NCBI GenBank assembly: GCA_030295235.1
Contig: AP026162.1
Location: forward strand, 1,860,001-1,924,000
Direction of reading: 5' to 3'
DNA from: Fistulifera solaris
Taxonomy: Eukaryota
Length of the DNA: 64,000 nt
Shown here: one piece after another, positions 11,089-24,864 of the stretch
How the letters are laid out: the number at the start of each line of letters is the position of its first letter
Position numbering within the stretch: position 1 is the stretch's first letter
Notes under the pieces: model-generated
Told to the model about the DNA's origin: nothing
What the model saw: the letters and a program-made list of their open reading frames with translations, nothing else
Database searches by the model: none
Position numbers and translations under genes: made by a program

Positions 11089-11885
11089 TTAAAAAACATC
11101 CGGTGGAAGATTGTTTAGGAAATCGTTTCCGTTATTTGAGTGATGCTGTGCTTGCAGATGGTAGCGGAGTGATAAAACCAGATGTTCCAACTTCCTCATC
11201 TTTTCTTCCGCATCATCGCGATATTTATGTGCAGCTTTGAGTTCACTTTCGGCATGGTTCTGTCGCTCCTGTTGAATATTTACCGCCTTTCTCAAGATTT
11301 GGTTTTCTTTGGTCACTCTGTCGTGCTCATTTTGTAAAGACTGAAGGGACGATACCAAAACTGATTTATCTTTCTTCAACGACTCGATGATACTTGCCTG
11401 TTCCTCGACGACGCGCGAAAGCTCCTTTTGGCTGTTGCAAGTTGTATTTTCGGGTCTGGACCGCCTTAAACCTAAGAGCGTGTTCGCAAAAGGTAAGTAA
11501 TCAGTAATAAAAGAAAAGTTTCGCTTGCATCTTGCAAATTAACAAGATAAACAGATTTGATTCCAGGTAGGTCCGCTGAACGGAGGATGACCAGACTACA
11601 GCGTAGCCATCAGTACTGCGTCTACTACGATTGCAACAAAATCGTTTCTTACCTGGCGAAGCAGTAAATATGCTCTTGTTGTTGTGAAAAGAAGGCCCGA
11701 AATGCGATACTCTAGGAGAAGTGTTGTCTGTTACTACCTCATGAAAACGACGGCGCTTGTACCGCGGTTCATCGCCAATCTCCATCTCATGACTGCCGGA
11801 TTCGATCAGTTGCGGGGAACAAGAAAGGGGGACGCTTTGCGCCGCCCGTTGGGTCAGCGAATGCTAGAGGCGAAGCTACTTCCAT
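11089..11885 (-). CDS. Coiled-coil protein with a C-terminus like the plant Cue-domain family ending PDVF
   Basis: ATG 11885, frameshift in the G run near 11829, intron 11652..11472. ENQILRKAVNIQQERQ...LEHLVLSLRYHLQ...PPDVF. Confidence 0.65.
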
Positions 11886-12355
11886 CTTTGTAAAAGCTTA
11901 TCAAACTTGATCAATTGTATCTCTTGCCTGATTGCTTTTTTTTATAAATCTCCGTTTATGAAGCGAAAGCTCGGGGAGCGATACAAGCAAGCTGCAATGT
12001 TCTTTCGATGGGTCGGTCGCGTCGCATTCATGTTCGTCGTGGAGAGGAGCTTTTACACTTTGGTGGACACTAATTTAACGTGACTCGCAAGATGGACCGC
12101 AATTAGAGATTGAATTACGCCGAAGAAATAAATCAACACTCTTATCGATAGTTCAAATACCGTGTCCGGCACTATGGCGGTCTTATTCGTACGTCGTGTT
12201 GCTCAGTGTTGCTCAACTCTCACCTCCGGGGCTAAGGCGACATCGGACTAAAGGCGTTCCTAGTAAATTGAAGCGGCGCTCTGGCACAGCTGAATAGTCT
12301 CTCATGGACTAAAATGTTTACAGAGTTTATACAAAGTTTCTATTTTTGGTTACGT

Positions 12356-15300
12356 CTATTTGCTTGTTGAGGGTTTTCTTTGTGCCTTTTTCCCTGAAAA
12401 GGCTGCACCGATTCCTTTACCTGCATTTTTAACTCCTGAGAAGAGGCCCTGTCCGACTGAAAGTACGCCATCTGCTGTTCCACTTACAACTGACTCCACG
12501 CCACGACCAACGCCGTTCCCGATCGATGACAGCCCACTTGTGATTCCTGAGGCGGCAGCTTTTCCATCCCCCTTCAGGACCCCCCTGGCCAATACCTTTT
12601 CCAATCAGCATGGCACCTCCAGAAACTATTCGCCTGTCAGTTCATGTCGTAATTATATTCTTGCTTCTAAGAACAAATTTGTTACTTACCTCCACCAAAA
12701 ACGTGACCGACGCTTTGTCCTGCGCCCTTCAACACAGAACCTGCTCCTTTTCCGACTAATGGATTGTGTACGATTAAAGAATGAGCACATGCTTGACAAG
12801 CGTTATGAGATTCATACGGACTCACCTCCCGTTAAGGTCTCTGAGACGCCTGAACCAACCCCGGAAATAACACTGTTGGCTCCGGCTCCAAGAGATCTCG
12901 CGCCGACTGCACCAGCTACGTTCTCAATCCCTGCACCTAGCTTCTCTGTCGCAAAGCTCACACCCTTCCCCAGACCACGTCCGGCCTTTGCGAAAACTAA
13001 ATTAGCTGTGTTTCCGGCTATATTTCCTGTCACACGAAGAATATCTCCCTCCATATAAGCATCGTCACCGCCATCACGATCGGCTAGGCGCTTCCAATCC
13101 TCGAAACTAGCCGCTGTCATGATGTTGAATATTTTCAACTTCATCCTCGACAAGTAAACTGTTGAGATTAATTCAAGAAGTCGATCCGGGGGTCCTTTAA
13201 CATTTTGAACTTCGTAGCGGGAGAATTTTAGCTCAGCCCTGTCGATTTTAAACTTTAGATGCTGAGTGAAGTAATTCATCAGATTGGCTCCGCGAACCCC
13301 GCGGAGAACAGCATAGCGAGACGCTTGAGGAGCCCGGTTGAAGCTAAGCAATACTTTGAATGGCGATACTCGCGCTCGCTTCACATCGTACAACATTTCA
13401 CTTTGCGGTGGTGTGTAGACGCTTCTGCTTGCGTCACGCAATGTTGACTTGTCAAGGACTACAACTTTGTATTCGTCGTGTTTTTCGTCCCAGTGAAGCT
13501 CTATTTCCAACCCAGCAAACTCCCCGGCTGCGGCCACAATGCGATCAGCAAGATCCAAAAACTTCCAAGCGAATTCCTCGCTTGTGTTCACAATGATTTT
13601 CTCCGATGCACCGTTCGCATGGGCAAGGTTAAGATCGAACAAGTCGATTGTTGTCAAGTCGGCGCCGAGTGGACCTCGAAGGCGGATACAAAGGTCGAAA
13701 AAGTTCGCTTGGTTAGTTGAATCCAAGACAACGGGATAAGGCGAATTTGGTGTGTCATCTTTGATCTGGATCGCGTTGATTATAATAGACAGCTGGGCGC
13801 GTTCAGCCGAACGATAAGCAAGTTGTTCTGGAGTAACATCGTCTTTGAAAACGCGCTGCCAGTCCACAGTGAATCGATGAAAAATTACCGTGCATACCGG
13901 CCCTGACATCCCTTCAGACTTCTGGTCGAAACGGGCTTGTCGAGCAGACATCCAGGACTTCGTCGATCGCGTGTCGTTCTGTTCATATCCTGCGCGTCTA
14001 ACCTTGTCCATGGCAGACTCCAGATACAGATTTTTGGTATCCTCTACAGGACGAGCTTCGTAGAGAGACATCCTGAGCTCAGTCCATTGAACGCGTAAGC
14101 GAAGGTGATCACTCTGAAGTATTGATCCCGTCAATAAACTCTGTTCCGCGCCTTCCAAATGGCTTCTTTTCAGCTCTCCGACTTTCACTACTAAACGAGA
14201 ATCAAATGCCCCTGTCGTAGTTTGCAAGGCAAGGCTCCCAAGTGGTTCCCCGTCTAACGACCGAACAACAGCAATACGAAGACCAAGGCCCTCGACATTA
14301 AGGGCGGCAGTATGTCCTCGGCTGTTTAAACATTCAACTGAAATAATGGCACCTTGTTTAGACGCAGTGCGCAAAGGTGCGATTGAACCTGGACCGATAA
14401 CAACCTCCAGCCCACCGGGTTGTTTGACGCAGATTCGTTCATGAGAACTTCCGTTAAATACAATATACTCTGGAACCACGTGAATTTCCGACTGATAAGG
14501 GCTTATGAGTCGCCGGTAAGCGTAAAATCCTGAATCAGATCCATCTTCCCATTTAACAGCTGTGGACTCGACTCCGCCTGAGGATATCATAATATCCTGA
14601 AGGCAGAAGGGTGATGACCTGACAATACCTTCATCACCTTCCATTGTTAGATGCAACAGCCTAATTGGTTTGCTAGAGAGGGGTAGAGGGGTTAGCCGGC
14701 CGACATGCTGTCGAGTGGAAAATGCAGCCAACGTGACACCTCCACGATCAGTAACAAAGTGCTCCGATAATCCCGACATGCTTTGACGGAAAGATTTTCG
14801 ACTCGACTGCTCAACTTCCTCGAAAAGGACTTCACCTGTATGATCAACAGCGAAATTGCATGAAGTTATAGAGAAAACAATGTGGTTGGCAAATGACCCG
14901 TTGGTCAACTCTATTTCCTGATCAGAAGGGATGCTTCCTTCAAATGAATCTTCGGATAAATTCAGGTCACCTTGGACAATAAACATTTCGACGCCACGGA
15001 TAGAAGATCCGATCATTGCACCATGCCTCGCAAACGGCAAGACAAATCGCAGTGGTTCCATGAGCATAAAATCGGGGTTTAAGGGGAGATCAAGCCATTC
15101 TCCTTCAATCCATCCCGTTTCTGTTCCGCAAACAGGCTTGTCGGTGCATTTGATTGCTAGTGCAATAGAAGGGCCTGGGGTGAAAAATTCCAGCCGAGAG
15201 AGGTGATCTAGAATGAACGTATCGTTGCCTTCACCTTGGATTTTGACCTCTTTAAATATATACGGCATTGGGGATCGAATAGTCATCGTGATAGGCAAGG

Positions 15301-18300
15301 CATTCACAAGGACCGCGCGTGGCTCCAAAAAGATATCTAAAGCAGGTAAATGGCCATCGACTTCCTCAGCCGAAAGATCGTATTTCAACACAAATGGTGG
15401 GTTGGCCGGCTGCTTGGGTCCAGGACATTCGTCGCGACAAGACACATCTACGCGTCGCCGAATTCGTGAGCTGATGTCCGTTTCGTCCAAAGCAATGTCT
15501 ATAAAACCAGCTGGCATTGCTTCAGATGGCAGGCCGTCAATAAGGGGCGCGATCTGGAAACGAAGCGTCGCTCTACCGTGCAATGACCAGCCCCTTCTAA
15601 AGTTCCGTAATAGTTCCGCCGGAACACTAAAACAAGTTGAACTCTTCTGGGTCTTTCTCTCCCTAAATTTTAGCTTGGACACGTTGCATGCAGTGTCCCC
15701 TTCACATATCCCTAAATGGATTATTTTATCTTCATCCACAAGGCCGAGCATGAAAGGAATACTCGTGGTGTTGAAAATTTCAACACCACTCGTTAAAAGA
15801 ATTACCTTTTGAACGAAAAGTTTAGAGATATTCCCAGATAAGCAATGAATTCTCATTCACTTACAACCGTTTTTCCCTCTTTCCTCACATCAACTACAAT
15901 AACTAATCCGTTTAAGAGGACATGGGAGCGTCGTCCCGTCCCAATCGCAGCATCAACGTTTCCTACCGTTATCTCAGAGCCACCTATGAGCATGGTTATT
16001 GTTTTTCCTGCTTTGACGTCTTGACCATAAACACGGAGACCAGCTGAGCCAGACCCCGTTGGTGGTTTGAACATGAAATAATCAATTGAACCGCTTTCAC
16101 AATTCCGTGGCATTGTTGTCTCGTTGTCTATCAAATATTCAACTATTAGCCCAGTTTGGTTTTCGACTGCATATGGTAGAGAAGTAACGAACTTTCTTGC
16201 CGCGCTTGCTGCAAGGCTTCTCCTGAGAGTCTTCGACACGTTTGCGTCGATGTTGACTGAATCAGTTGCAGCGCAGTACACGTTCCACATCCGGTTCGCT
16301 GATGCGAGCCCCATTAAAAATTGCTCCGAAAATGACAGGAAACAAACTTGGCATTCAAGATCAATCGCAGTACTTGGTCGGGGACCTTCATATCGGTCAG
16401 TGGGCCCCTCGACCCTTTCGAGGAAATTTCCCAGTTCCTTAACAAGAGCTGTTTCCATATATTGCTTGTAACATCGAAAAAATCAGCCCCAATCGACATC
16501 GTAGTGTGAAAGTCGAATCCGTCGTAAGCATTGCTTCGATCTTTTATTAAAACTCCGTGTCGCACTTTTCCGTTAAAAACAGAATTGTGCAATGATATCC
16601 TGAATAGAGGCTCGTCGAGGCCTTGAAAGTCATTGATTAAGGTAAAACGAACTTGCGGTAAAGTGAACTGCATTGCTGTAAATGCTGTCGATGCACCATC
16701 ACCTTCATAATGCTCCTCCGTCGAAGATAAAGCCTTCGAAAGGCTATCAACTCGCTGGCTTTGAAAGCTAGAGTCTGTACGATCAGCAGCGAGCTCCATG
16801 GCTAGCTTCTCAATTCGTTTCGTTTCGTCGTCACCTAAAACTCCAAGAGATGCTGAGCCACCATCTCCTAGAAGGTTCGAAGATAAGTTTGCTAGTATTG
16901 CATTCATGAGGGCAATGTTTCTCATTGAGAGAATCACTTCTAAATGCTCCATCGCAGCGCCTCTAATGTCAACAACTTTGCTGTCAAAATCGTCTTTCAT
17001 GTTCAAGTATAAAGACAACTTAGTCGGTTCAATAAGCTGCATTGCACTTTCTACGGTCTTTCCAAATGCAGTGTAGCTTTCGAGCTCCTCGCCATGAACA
17101 TGACCTTGAAAATTTCTGGTCTCTCCAGTAGAAAAATCGCCTGTCATCGTAAGAAGCGCCTCGAATTTGCCTTCGAATGCGATGGTTTCAGTATCCGAAG
17201 CGATAGTAGACGAGGCACGAGAGGATCCGCTTCCCCACGGTGCCTCCGTCCCGAGATCTACGAGAATAATACTGCATTTTGAAGTTGTTAACCGGAACTC
17301 AAAAGCGGAGAGATTTTCTTCGCTAATTCGTGAATCAGGGACGGACATCGTACCAAGTTCTGTTTCGATCATAACAAGTGGATCAGTTTTAAGGTGCAAG
17401 TCGATGTCGTCATCAAGACTTTGCGAGTTGTCACTTTTGAGGTAGTCCAGTATTTCCGCTAACGCATCTGGTATCAGAACGAGACGCGGAGATCCAATGA
17501 CAACGCTCACGGAAGTGTTTAAATTTCCCGTTGTTTCGTACGATAGCGTGAAAAGGTCTTGTGCTTCAGTAGTGGTGGGCTGGTACACCAAAGAACGGTA
17601 TTGCCGCGTTAATGATCGAAGGCGGAGATCGTCGCAATTTAGATTTTTCAGTTTTACTTCGGCAGTGGTCCTTACTGTATCTGGGTACATGTTGTAAAGT
17701 ATAACGGTATTCGAAGCTGAAAGGCGAACAATGGGATCTTCTTTATCTTTCCCATTTAACTCCAGTGACATTTCAAAAATTGTCAAACTTATAAAAATCC
17801 TCCTTTGGGAGTCCACAAAAGATTTCCTGCGTGCGTTATGTTTGCAACTTCGGAAGTCGACAAGGAAGCCCCCGACTGAAGTGGACCTTTATAATGCTCA
17901 TTTTCTCTCAAGTATAAATCTGCGTCGCCAACGTTCTGAACTAGAGTAAAAAGAAGCTGTGAATAATTCTTTTTGGAACCACAAGTCCGGCCTTTGGTAT
18001 CTCGATCGAGACTCGCATGGCCTGATCGTCACTGGTATGCATTCCATCTGGTGGAACAAGAACTTGTATCTTCATCTCAAAAGGACTATCTTGCAACGCA
18101 ACTTCATCGGAATCAAAAGTTCAGTTTTCGTAAGAGCAACATTCGCAACCCAGCTTCCGTTCGTCTTCGCCGTATAATCCACGCATAATGTACCGGCGTA
18201 CAGATTAAAAATGTCGATTTATAGGCTGCCTGGGGAAGTACGATTTCGATTCCGGTGGCATTGACCCTAAAGAATTTCGAGGATCCCGTAGGCGTCGACA

Positions 18301-21300
18301 AATCGACGGCGGCTGCTACTGCCGACGATGCAGCTTGAGCAGCGAGCGCCCCAAGGATCCCCTCACTTGCGTATTCCGCGATAGCAAGAATTTGTGAGTG
18401 AATGTAGACTATACGAACAGGCGAAAGCTCAATGAGACCACATGCTTCTACATCGTCAGAAACATTAAATGGCAAAGCCGCCATTGTCTCACGTTTCTCA
18501 GTGTATCTCACTTTCAGCAAAGTTTGCGTTTTTCCAGGGATGAGTCCTAGTATGGTCCTGTACGACGACTCGGTCCTGCCCAAATTAGGTGTAGAAATGG
18601 TCAGATCACCAAGATGAACAGAAATGTCATTTTCATTCATTCCACACGAAATATACGACACCGATGTGTCTTTCATCAGGAGAAGGAAAAGCGGAAAGTC
18701 ATCCTTAGCTGAATTCAAATTGAGTTGAAAATTGTCAACCAGAATCGTAACTTCGATAGTTTCTACGACGTTTTCATTGTTTATTTTGTCAACTCCGTTC
18801 TCTTGGACAGAAGGCGCAAGAATTTCTCCCGACTTGATATTCAATGCAAGTAAATTTGAAAGCTCTACAGTAAGCTCTTTCATCACTAAAGGATTCCAAT
18901 TCACTGTCAACCCAGAAAACTCAGCTTTGATGTCTGTACGAGCCACGGGTCCACTATCTTTCGAGCCAGAATTAATAAAACGTTTTCGAAATGATACGTC
19001 GGCAAGACACCGATCAAAAATCTTAGAACCTGAACCTTTCATTTTCGAAGAGTCGCCAAGCTGGTGAAGTTTTTGGATCATCTCTTGTGTAGACTCATTT
19101 CTTGTGACCGACTGAGGGAGCGGGGAGTGCACCAAAAGCCTATTTTCTCGCGAAATAGTGCTCTCAATGTTCTCGACCACCCAGAAGTGACCCATTGACA
19201 ATTGAGACTGTAAGGATTTATCTGAAAACATCGTAAGTGCCGTCCCTGCAGATACCAAATGAGCTTCAATTATGTTCGCTGGACTGAAATCATTTTTCAC
19301 AAAAACGGAAAATCGTCCCAGCTTTGCACTAGCATAAACTTTGGGTACAGGAGAAATTTCGTAGGAGATTTTTTCAGCATTCTCGTTGTGTGACCCAACC
19401 AATCGAGGGAGCTCGGTCAAGACAGTTGGAGTGCCATGACTTAGCTCCTTCGCAGGCATTATATCCTCAAATACATTTTTCCATGTAGCTGACATAGCAA
19501 CAATTCGCGATAGTTTGTCCTTCGAAAAAGCAAGCGTGATTGAGGGCATGTTGGCGAAACAGCAAAAGCGAGGGACCAAGTCACTGGAGCAACTTTCAAC
19601 ACCGAAGCCAACGGAAACAGTAACTGGTTCTAGGATAGCGTAATCACCGGCCACACCCTCAGAAGATGATCGATTTCGGGTACATGAGTCTGATCGGACA
19701 AGAGAGAAACTCATATGATTGATCTCAATGGTACCGAAATCCAGAATAGTAATAGTAGATTCAGCAGCATCTCGCGGATTGTCGCCAAACCAACGCGAAA
19801 CATCTTGGCTACCATCAGAGAGTCCATACTGCAAGCGAAAATGACCGAGGTCAAACATAAGAACGCTAGAAAAAGGGTCAACACAGGTCTCTGGAATAAG
19901 TATAATAGGAGCATGAAGGTCCAAATCAACTCTCAGGTCTGACTTGTCTTTCGTCTTTTCTTTCCATGCGTCAACGAGCGCGGACGAGAAATCCGTGACT
20001 CCCGAACTCAATATGTTTGACGCAGCCTCCGTTTCAACGGCCTTCTCCCCTTCGGTAGTATCGTAAAACAAATCGACAGATCCAGATAACGACTGCGCGA
20101 GGATTGGATTGAGTTTGAACTTCTTCGAACCAGTGCGTAAGGGAGGTGCTATGAATCGAGCGGCTTCTGTAAGAAGGACTGGTGAAGCGACTGCCTCGAA
20201 GGTGTGCAATTTTACTTTTAAATCTTGATCGCCACGTGCAGTTTTGTGAAAATGTATAGAAAATGCTTCTCCAATGTCTTCAATTCCTCTATTACGTAGG
20301 ACGATTGGAAACAGACTGTTGACGGTAATCATATCCCGAATTTCAAGACTTCTCAATTGAAAATCAAAACTGTATGACCCGTCAGAGTTCGCTGCAAATA
20401 AAAATGTTACTTTTCCCATTTCTAAGCCTGCCAGCTGTCTCAGATTATAGGAAGTGAGGTGAACTCGCATAGACCCCATGGTAAAACTTATTTGGCAAAA
20501 CTTTGAATTGGAATCAAGGTCGTCATTTGTAGCTTGCGTCATAAATGCGGATTCTAACTCCTTCATCTCTTCGGCGGACAACTGAATCGGAGGGTCGTCG
20601 CGATCTGAGGAAATAGGACTAGACTTCACCGAAGATCCAAATAAAGATGTGAACAAACTGGGTTTTGATTCAGCCCGTTTGGCATCGTCCTTTTCACGCT
20701 CCTTCTCAAGCTGCGCGTCCGCCACATTCCGCCACATCATCAAGCCATCCACCGCGATCGAACGATCACCTTCAATTTTAAGCAGCTCAGATAATTCCTC
20801 TATACTCAGCGGCTGCAACCACGAGCACGATTCATGATTCGCGTGTCGTTTGTACAACCCTATATACATCTTGCGCTTTTGGTAAGCTCGAAAGAACTCC
20901 CACCACAACGACCTGCCGCTCAGACGCCGAATACAACGACATGCATATTTCCACCAACTGAGCGCCGTTTGTCTCGTAACACGGGAAAGTGGGCGATATT
21001 CGGGGAATAAAGGTCTTGATATATCAATGGCCGGGCGAATCCTATCTGTGATTTCCCATCCCATCTCAAGTTGGGACCGAGAAACGATGATGGAGAGAGC
21101 ACTAAGCTCACTTTCTAGCGAATACTTCGGAAAATCTGCACAGTGACCGGAGTCTGCTTGTCGGAGCTTTGCTGTAAAAGACAGAGGCGAGAGAATGTAA
21201 CTGCGTTCTGGCTGACCTTCTTCTCTGATAGACGGCATTCCCCGTCCCGCATTCTCATCCAAATAGACGCCCAATCCATTAATCTGTAGGCCCTTGTAAA

Positions 21301-21988
21301 GGAAATTTTGGTCTCCTATAGTGCGGTCAACAAACGCTCTCTGGCCATTTTGGTCCGTAGTCACGAGCTGAAACGACTCGAGTTCGACACCGGCAGCAGC
21401 AGTTTCACTCTTTAGCGATATGTGCACATCTGATATGTCCACTTGTATGTTTTCGATGATCCGACGGACCAACCTGGAACTAAAGGTAGACGAAGGCGCA
21501 CTTTTCTTCGAAGCCGTAGTGTCGATATCTTGTTCCGCAATCTTCTTTAATGCATTTGAACGGATTCGAAATGTGTCTTCCTGTTGTATTGCCGCCATGC
21601 GTGCTTCTTGTAGCTGTTGTGCTCGTATTAGTTCATTTTCAGCTACCGCATAAAGATGATCCAAAGATTCCGTCCGATCGTACGGTTCTACCGTGATCTC
21701 TAAGCCTTGCGCTCTCAGAACTACCGAGCGGCTCATCAAGTTCGCCCACGGCACATCGACCTGAAAACTTCGAAACTGACCCGACGTGAATCGAAAAGGG
21801 ATCGCTAGATTCGGAGTCAAGGCAGCCTGTCGATCTAGTTCCGCATTGACAGCGTCAACGTCGAGTTCTAAGCCATGGAGCTCGATCTTTCCGCTCCACA
21901 CCGCAAGATTCAGTGAATTGGCGTCTAAATTGCGTACATATTTCCCAATGGTCTGCTCGAGAACATCTAATAGTGCTTGTTTCGCCAT
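12356..21988 (-). CDS. VPS13: VPS13-family bridge-like lipid transfer protein (about 3000 aa)
   Basis: Chorein_N start (LEQTIGKYVRNLDANSLNLAVWSGKIELHGLEL), WWKYACRCI and LDLHAPIILIP motifs, Gly-rich amphipathic ATG2_C-like end. Split across ORFs by introns near 15870-15810, 12820-12775 and 12690-12636 and by several 1-nt frameshifts (17800-18200, about 16400, about 12585). Confidence 0.9.
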
Positions 21989-22461
21989 CTTCAATGTCTT
22001 CTAACGTAACATTATTGTTTCTCAACTGAATACTGGGAATGCAGCAACAATGCCCTTGTCACTTGTGGATTTCTTTCGTGCGGGTGGAAGCAGATTTTGA
22101 CGCTCGAGGATGCTCCACAGGCGTCGTGTCACAGCGAAGCCGGTCCGATCCGCATCACACTAGCATTTAATGTAGAAAGTACGAACTACTTCTACTATGA
22201 AAAATCTTTACCTGCTTATAATAATATCCATCCCTTTGGAATCTCAAAATTATGTAAAAAACGTAATATCTGGTATCTACAAGGATTTTGAAAACCAGAC
22301 GGTACCCAGCGCAACTATTATATAGAAAACTTAACGCATTCAGCGATGTTGAAAGCGACGGTTCCAATTTACGAAATGTTGACGCGCGACGGAAGTTAGG
22401 CTGAAACAAAGTCAATTGAAAACTTGAAGAATCCTTCCGGCAAACCATTCCAGATAAGACA

Positions 22462-22944
22462 ATGGAAGCTTACGCGGACGATAGGAATGACTTCGCTGTA
22501 GAGGATAGAGATGATCACAAAGACCACTACTGCCGGCCGTATCGGACTCTGCGATACTCCTTTTTCGAAAGCTTGAGCGATATCTCAGAGCGTATTCTTG
22601 GCCCGTCCGACGTCTTCTGTGATCCAAGAATCAAAGCAGAAATAAAAAGTGCTACAGAAAAGCCGCGTCTTCTCGAAGAAGTTCCCCCGGCCCGCGTGCC
22701 ATCCGTTCCCTCGACTCCTGAACCAGCTAAAACCGAAGTCTCTCTTGTCGTCACAACATCGAAACGAGAGCTGGCGGAAGTCTTAGGAAAAGTAGTCGAT
22801 GTTGTTGTCGCAGCAGAACGCCGGGGCTCGAGCTCTTACGATTACTCCGCGTTGAACAAGCTCTTCTTGAAAAGCAAAGACAGGGAGCATTGTGATGATG
22901 CAGAAGAAGTTTCTCTGACGTATCAAGAGCTACAAAAATTGTAA
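22462..22944 (+). CDS. Hypothetical protein
   Basis: 160-aa ATG-initiated ORF in a gap between genes; no recognisable motif. Confidence 0.45.
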   Translation: MEAYADDRNDFAVEDRDDHKDHYCRPYRTLRYSFFESLSDISERILGPSDVFCDPRIKAEIKSATEKPRLLEEVPPARVPSVPSTPEPAKTEVSLVVTTSKRELAEVLGKVVDVVVAAERRGSSSYDYSALNKLFLKSKDREHCDDAEEVSLTYQELQKL

Positions 22945-23156
22945 CACAAATTGTTCTGAGCTCAAGAGAGTCTGTCAAAGAGAGAATCGGTATACCAGGA
23001 GGTATTGTTATCTCGAATCTCGGTCCCAACAAGAGAACTGTTGATCTTAGTTGGGCATGCTAATGAAGCTGCAGCGTTTCTAGCTGCTATTGTTTTACAT
23101 CATAGAAGCTTAATTATTTATCTGTTGTAAAGGAAAAACCATTGCATCTTAAATCA

Positions 23157-24101
23157 TTATCTTTTAAGCTTAGATTTTGTTCCGACCAAAACGCCAACCG
23201 ATAGGCCTACCATTAGAGGAAGTATCCCCTGCCACAATAACACAGAAGCTGTACCACCTTCTTCCTCACTATCAGATCCGGAAATCCACGACAAAGCGGG
23301 CATCAAGGAAAATGGGAATTTTGACGCCAAGTCACTCCCGAAGAATGAAGATTTTCGCAATGTAGACGGCCGCTTTTTCAACACGGCCTTGCTCGCAAAG
23401 TCATCCGAATCTTGAATTTCTTCAAGCCACCGAACAGCCTCCTCCGCTGTCTCGACAAAGTGAATCACTTCGTCTGGTGTTTGTTCCAATAATCGGTCTT
23501 CATACGCACGTTGCATCATTTCCACAAAAGGCTGATAAAAATGATCCACGTTGACACAAACGATTGGTAAGGAGTTGTGCAATCCTAGTTTCCGAGCACA
23601 TGCCATCTCCCAGAGTTCATCCCACGTTCCAGGACCTCCTGGTAACACCACTAGCGCGTGTGCTCCTTCTACCAACAGCCGCTTTCGCTCCTGCAAATCC
23701 GGTCCATCCGCAATCAGCATTTCTCGAATCGGTCCTTCCTTGTTCGATGCTTTGTCAAACACCGAATGAGCGCCGCCGTCACGCAACGTCTTGCCTGTCG
23801 GTGTCGACGCCCAATCCCCCTGATCGACCAGCCACATTTTGTGAATGACACCCACAATGTGACCATTTCCTTCCACGGCACCATCGTTCATGGCGGCCAT
23901 GCAACCAAAACTCCCTGCTCCATTGACACAGGTGTGCCCTCGTTTCGCTAAAATGTAACCCAGATTTCGGGCTTCTTTCAAATATTTCTCGGGAGTTTTG
24001 GAAGAAGACGAACCGTAGCAAGTGACCCGCAAGGATCTCGAGGCGGGTTGTCGAATAAAAGCAGATTGGAGGACGTGGTCGTCGATGGTAATGCTGGTCA
24101 T
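23157..24101 (-). CDS. LOG: LOG family nucleotide phosphoribohydrolase (so-called lysine decarboxylase family) with C-terminal hydrophobic tail
   Basis: CYGSSS, ARNLGYILAKRG, GAGSFGCMAAM, ERKRLL and the PGGPGTWDE signature (PGGxGTxxE). Confidence 0.88.
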   Translation of the reverse strand: MTSITIDDHVLQSAFIRQPASRSLRVTCYGSSSSKTPEKYLKEARNLGYILAKRGHTCVNGAGSFGCMAAMNDGAVEGNGHIVGVIHKMWLVDQGDWASTPTGKTLRDGGAHSVFDKASNKEGPIREMLIADGPDLQERKRLLVEGAHALVVLPGGPGTWDELWEMACARKLGLHNSLPIVCVNVDHFYQPFVEMMQRAYEDRLLEQTPDEVIHFVETAEEAVRWLEEIQDSDDFASKAVLKKRPSTLRKSSFFGSDLASKFPFSLMPALSWISGSDSEEEGGTASVLLWQGILPLMVGLSVGVLVGTKSKLKR

Positions 24102-24864
24102 GTTTGAGAACTCAGTCGTATTAACAATGAGAGATTGATTTGGCAGCAACTGTTGCTTTTTTTATTGTTATCGTTTCAGTTTCCCGTCTTCTACTGGGTA
24201 TTACGGAGTATTTGTTTTCTTTTTGCGGCGGTTGGCAAGTGCGAAACCCGTTGTGAAAAGAGCGCGAGCGGCGGAATTTCAAATGTCGTCGTATCCGTGA
24301 CTGGTAGTTCATTTCCATGACTCAGTGGATTAGTAGTGTTGTGGACTTACTTTTCCCGTAGTTTTCCGCCTGCGACATCAACCTAAAGCGCACAACGCGT
24401 AGTCGTCCATAACAGCAAAAAAGTTTTTTTTATGGACTCTTAATGTCTTGTCGGGAGCTGGCTCGCATCGAAGCATGGCCATTTGATTTGATTCGCAAAA
24501 ATATTGCGACGACAAGTGCCGTGACTGCAAGTGAGTTGAGACCCATAATTCGGAAATCAAAAACGACGGCTCTTCTAGTCTATCCAATATCCAGTTCAAC
24601 AACACTAATGACAGCAACTGCAATAGTTTGTCAAGACTTGGGCAAGAATCTGCAAGATGAGCACCCTTACACTATGATTACGTAAGCTACTTGACAAAAA
24701 TCAATACCCAGATGCAATCCGGCTGGTTCCCGCCCCTATCCGATCGAAAGAATGATAGCACCGTTTTACTCAGCAATGAGCTATGAAAGCAGAAAACACT
24801 AAACGTTTCATCGGCCATCGGCCATCGAGCTATCGGCTATCGAGCCCTCTTTGCTCCACGCTCC

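Noticed and set aside
24809..24846. CATCGGC/TATCGAGC short tandem repeat (also ACTGCGAG x3 near 37640)
   Set aside because: Simple short repeats with no further structure.
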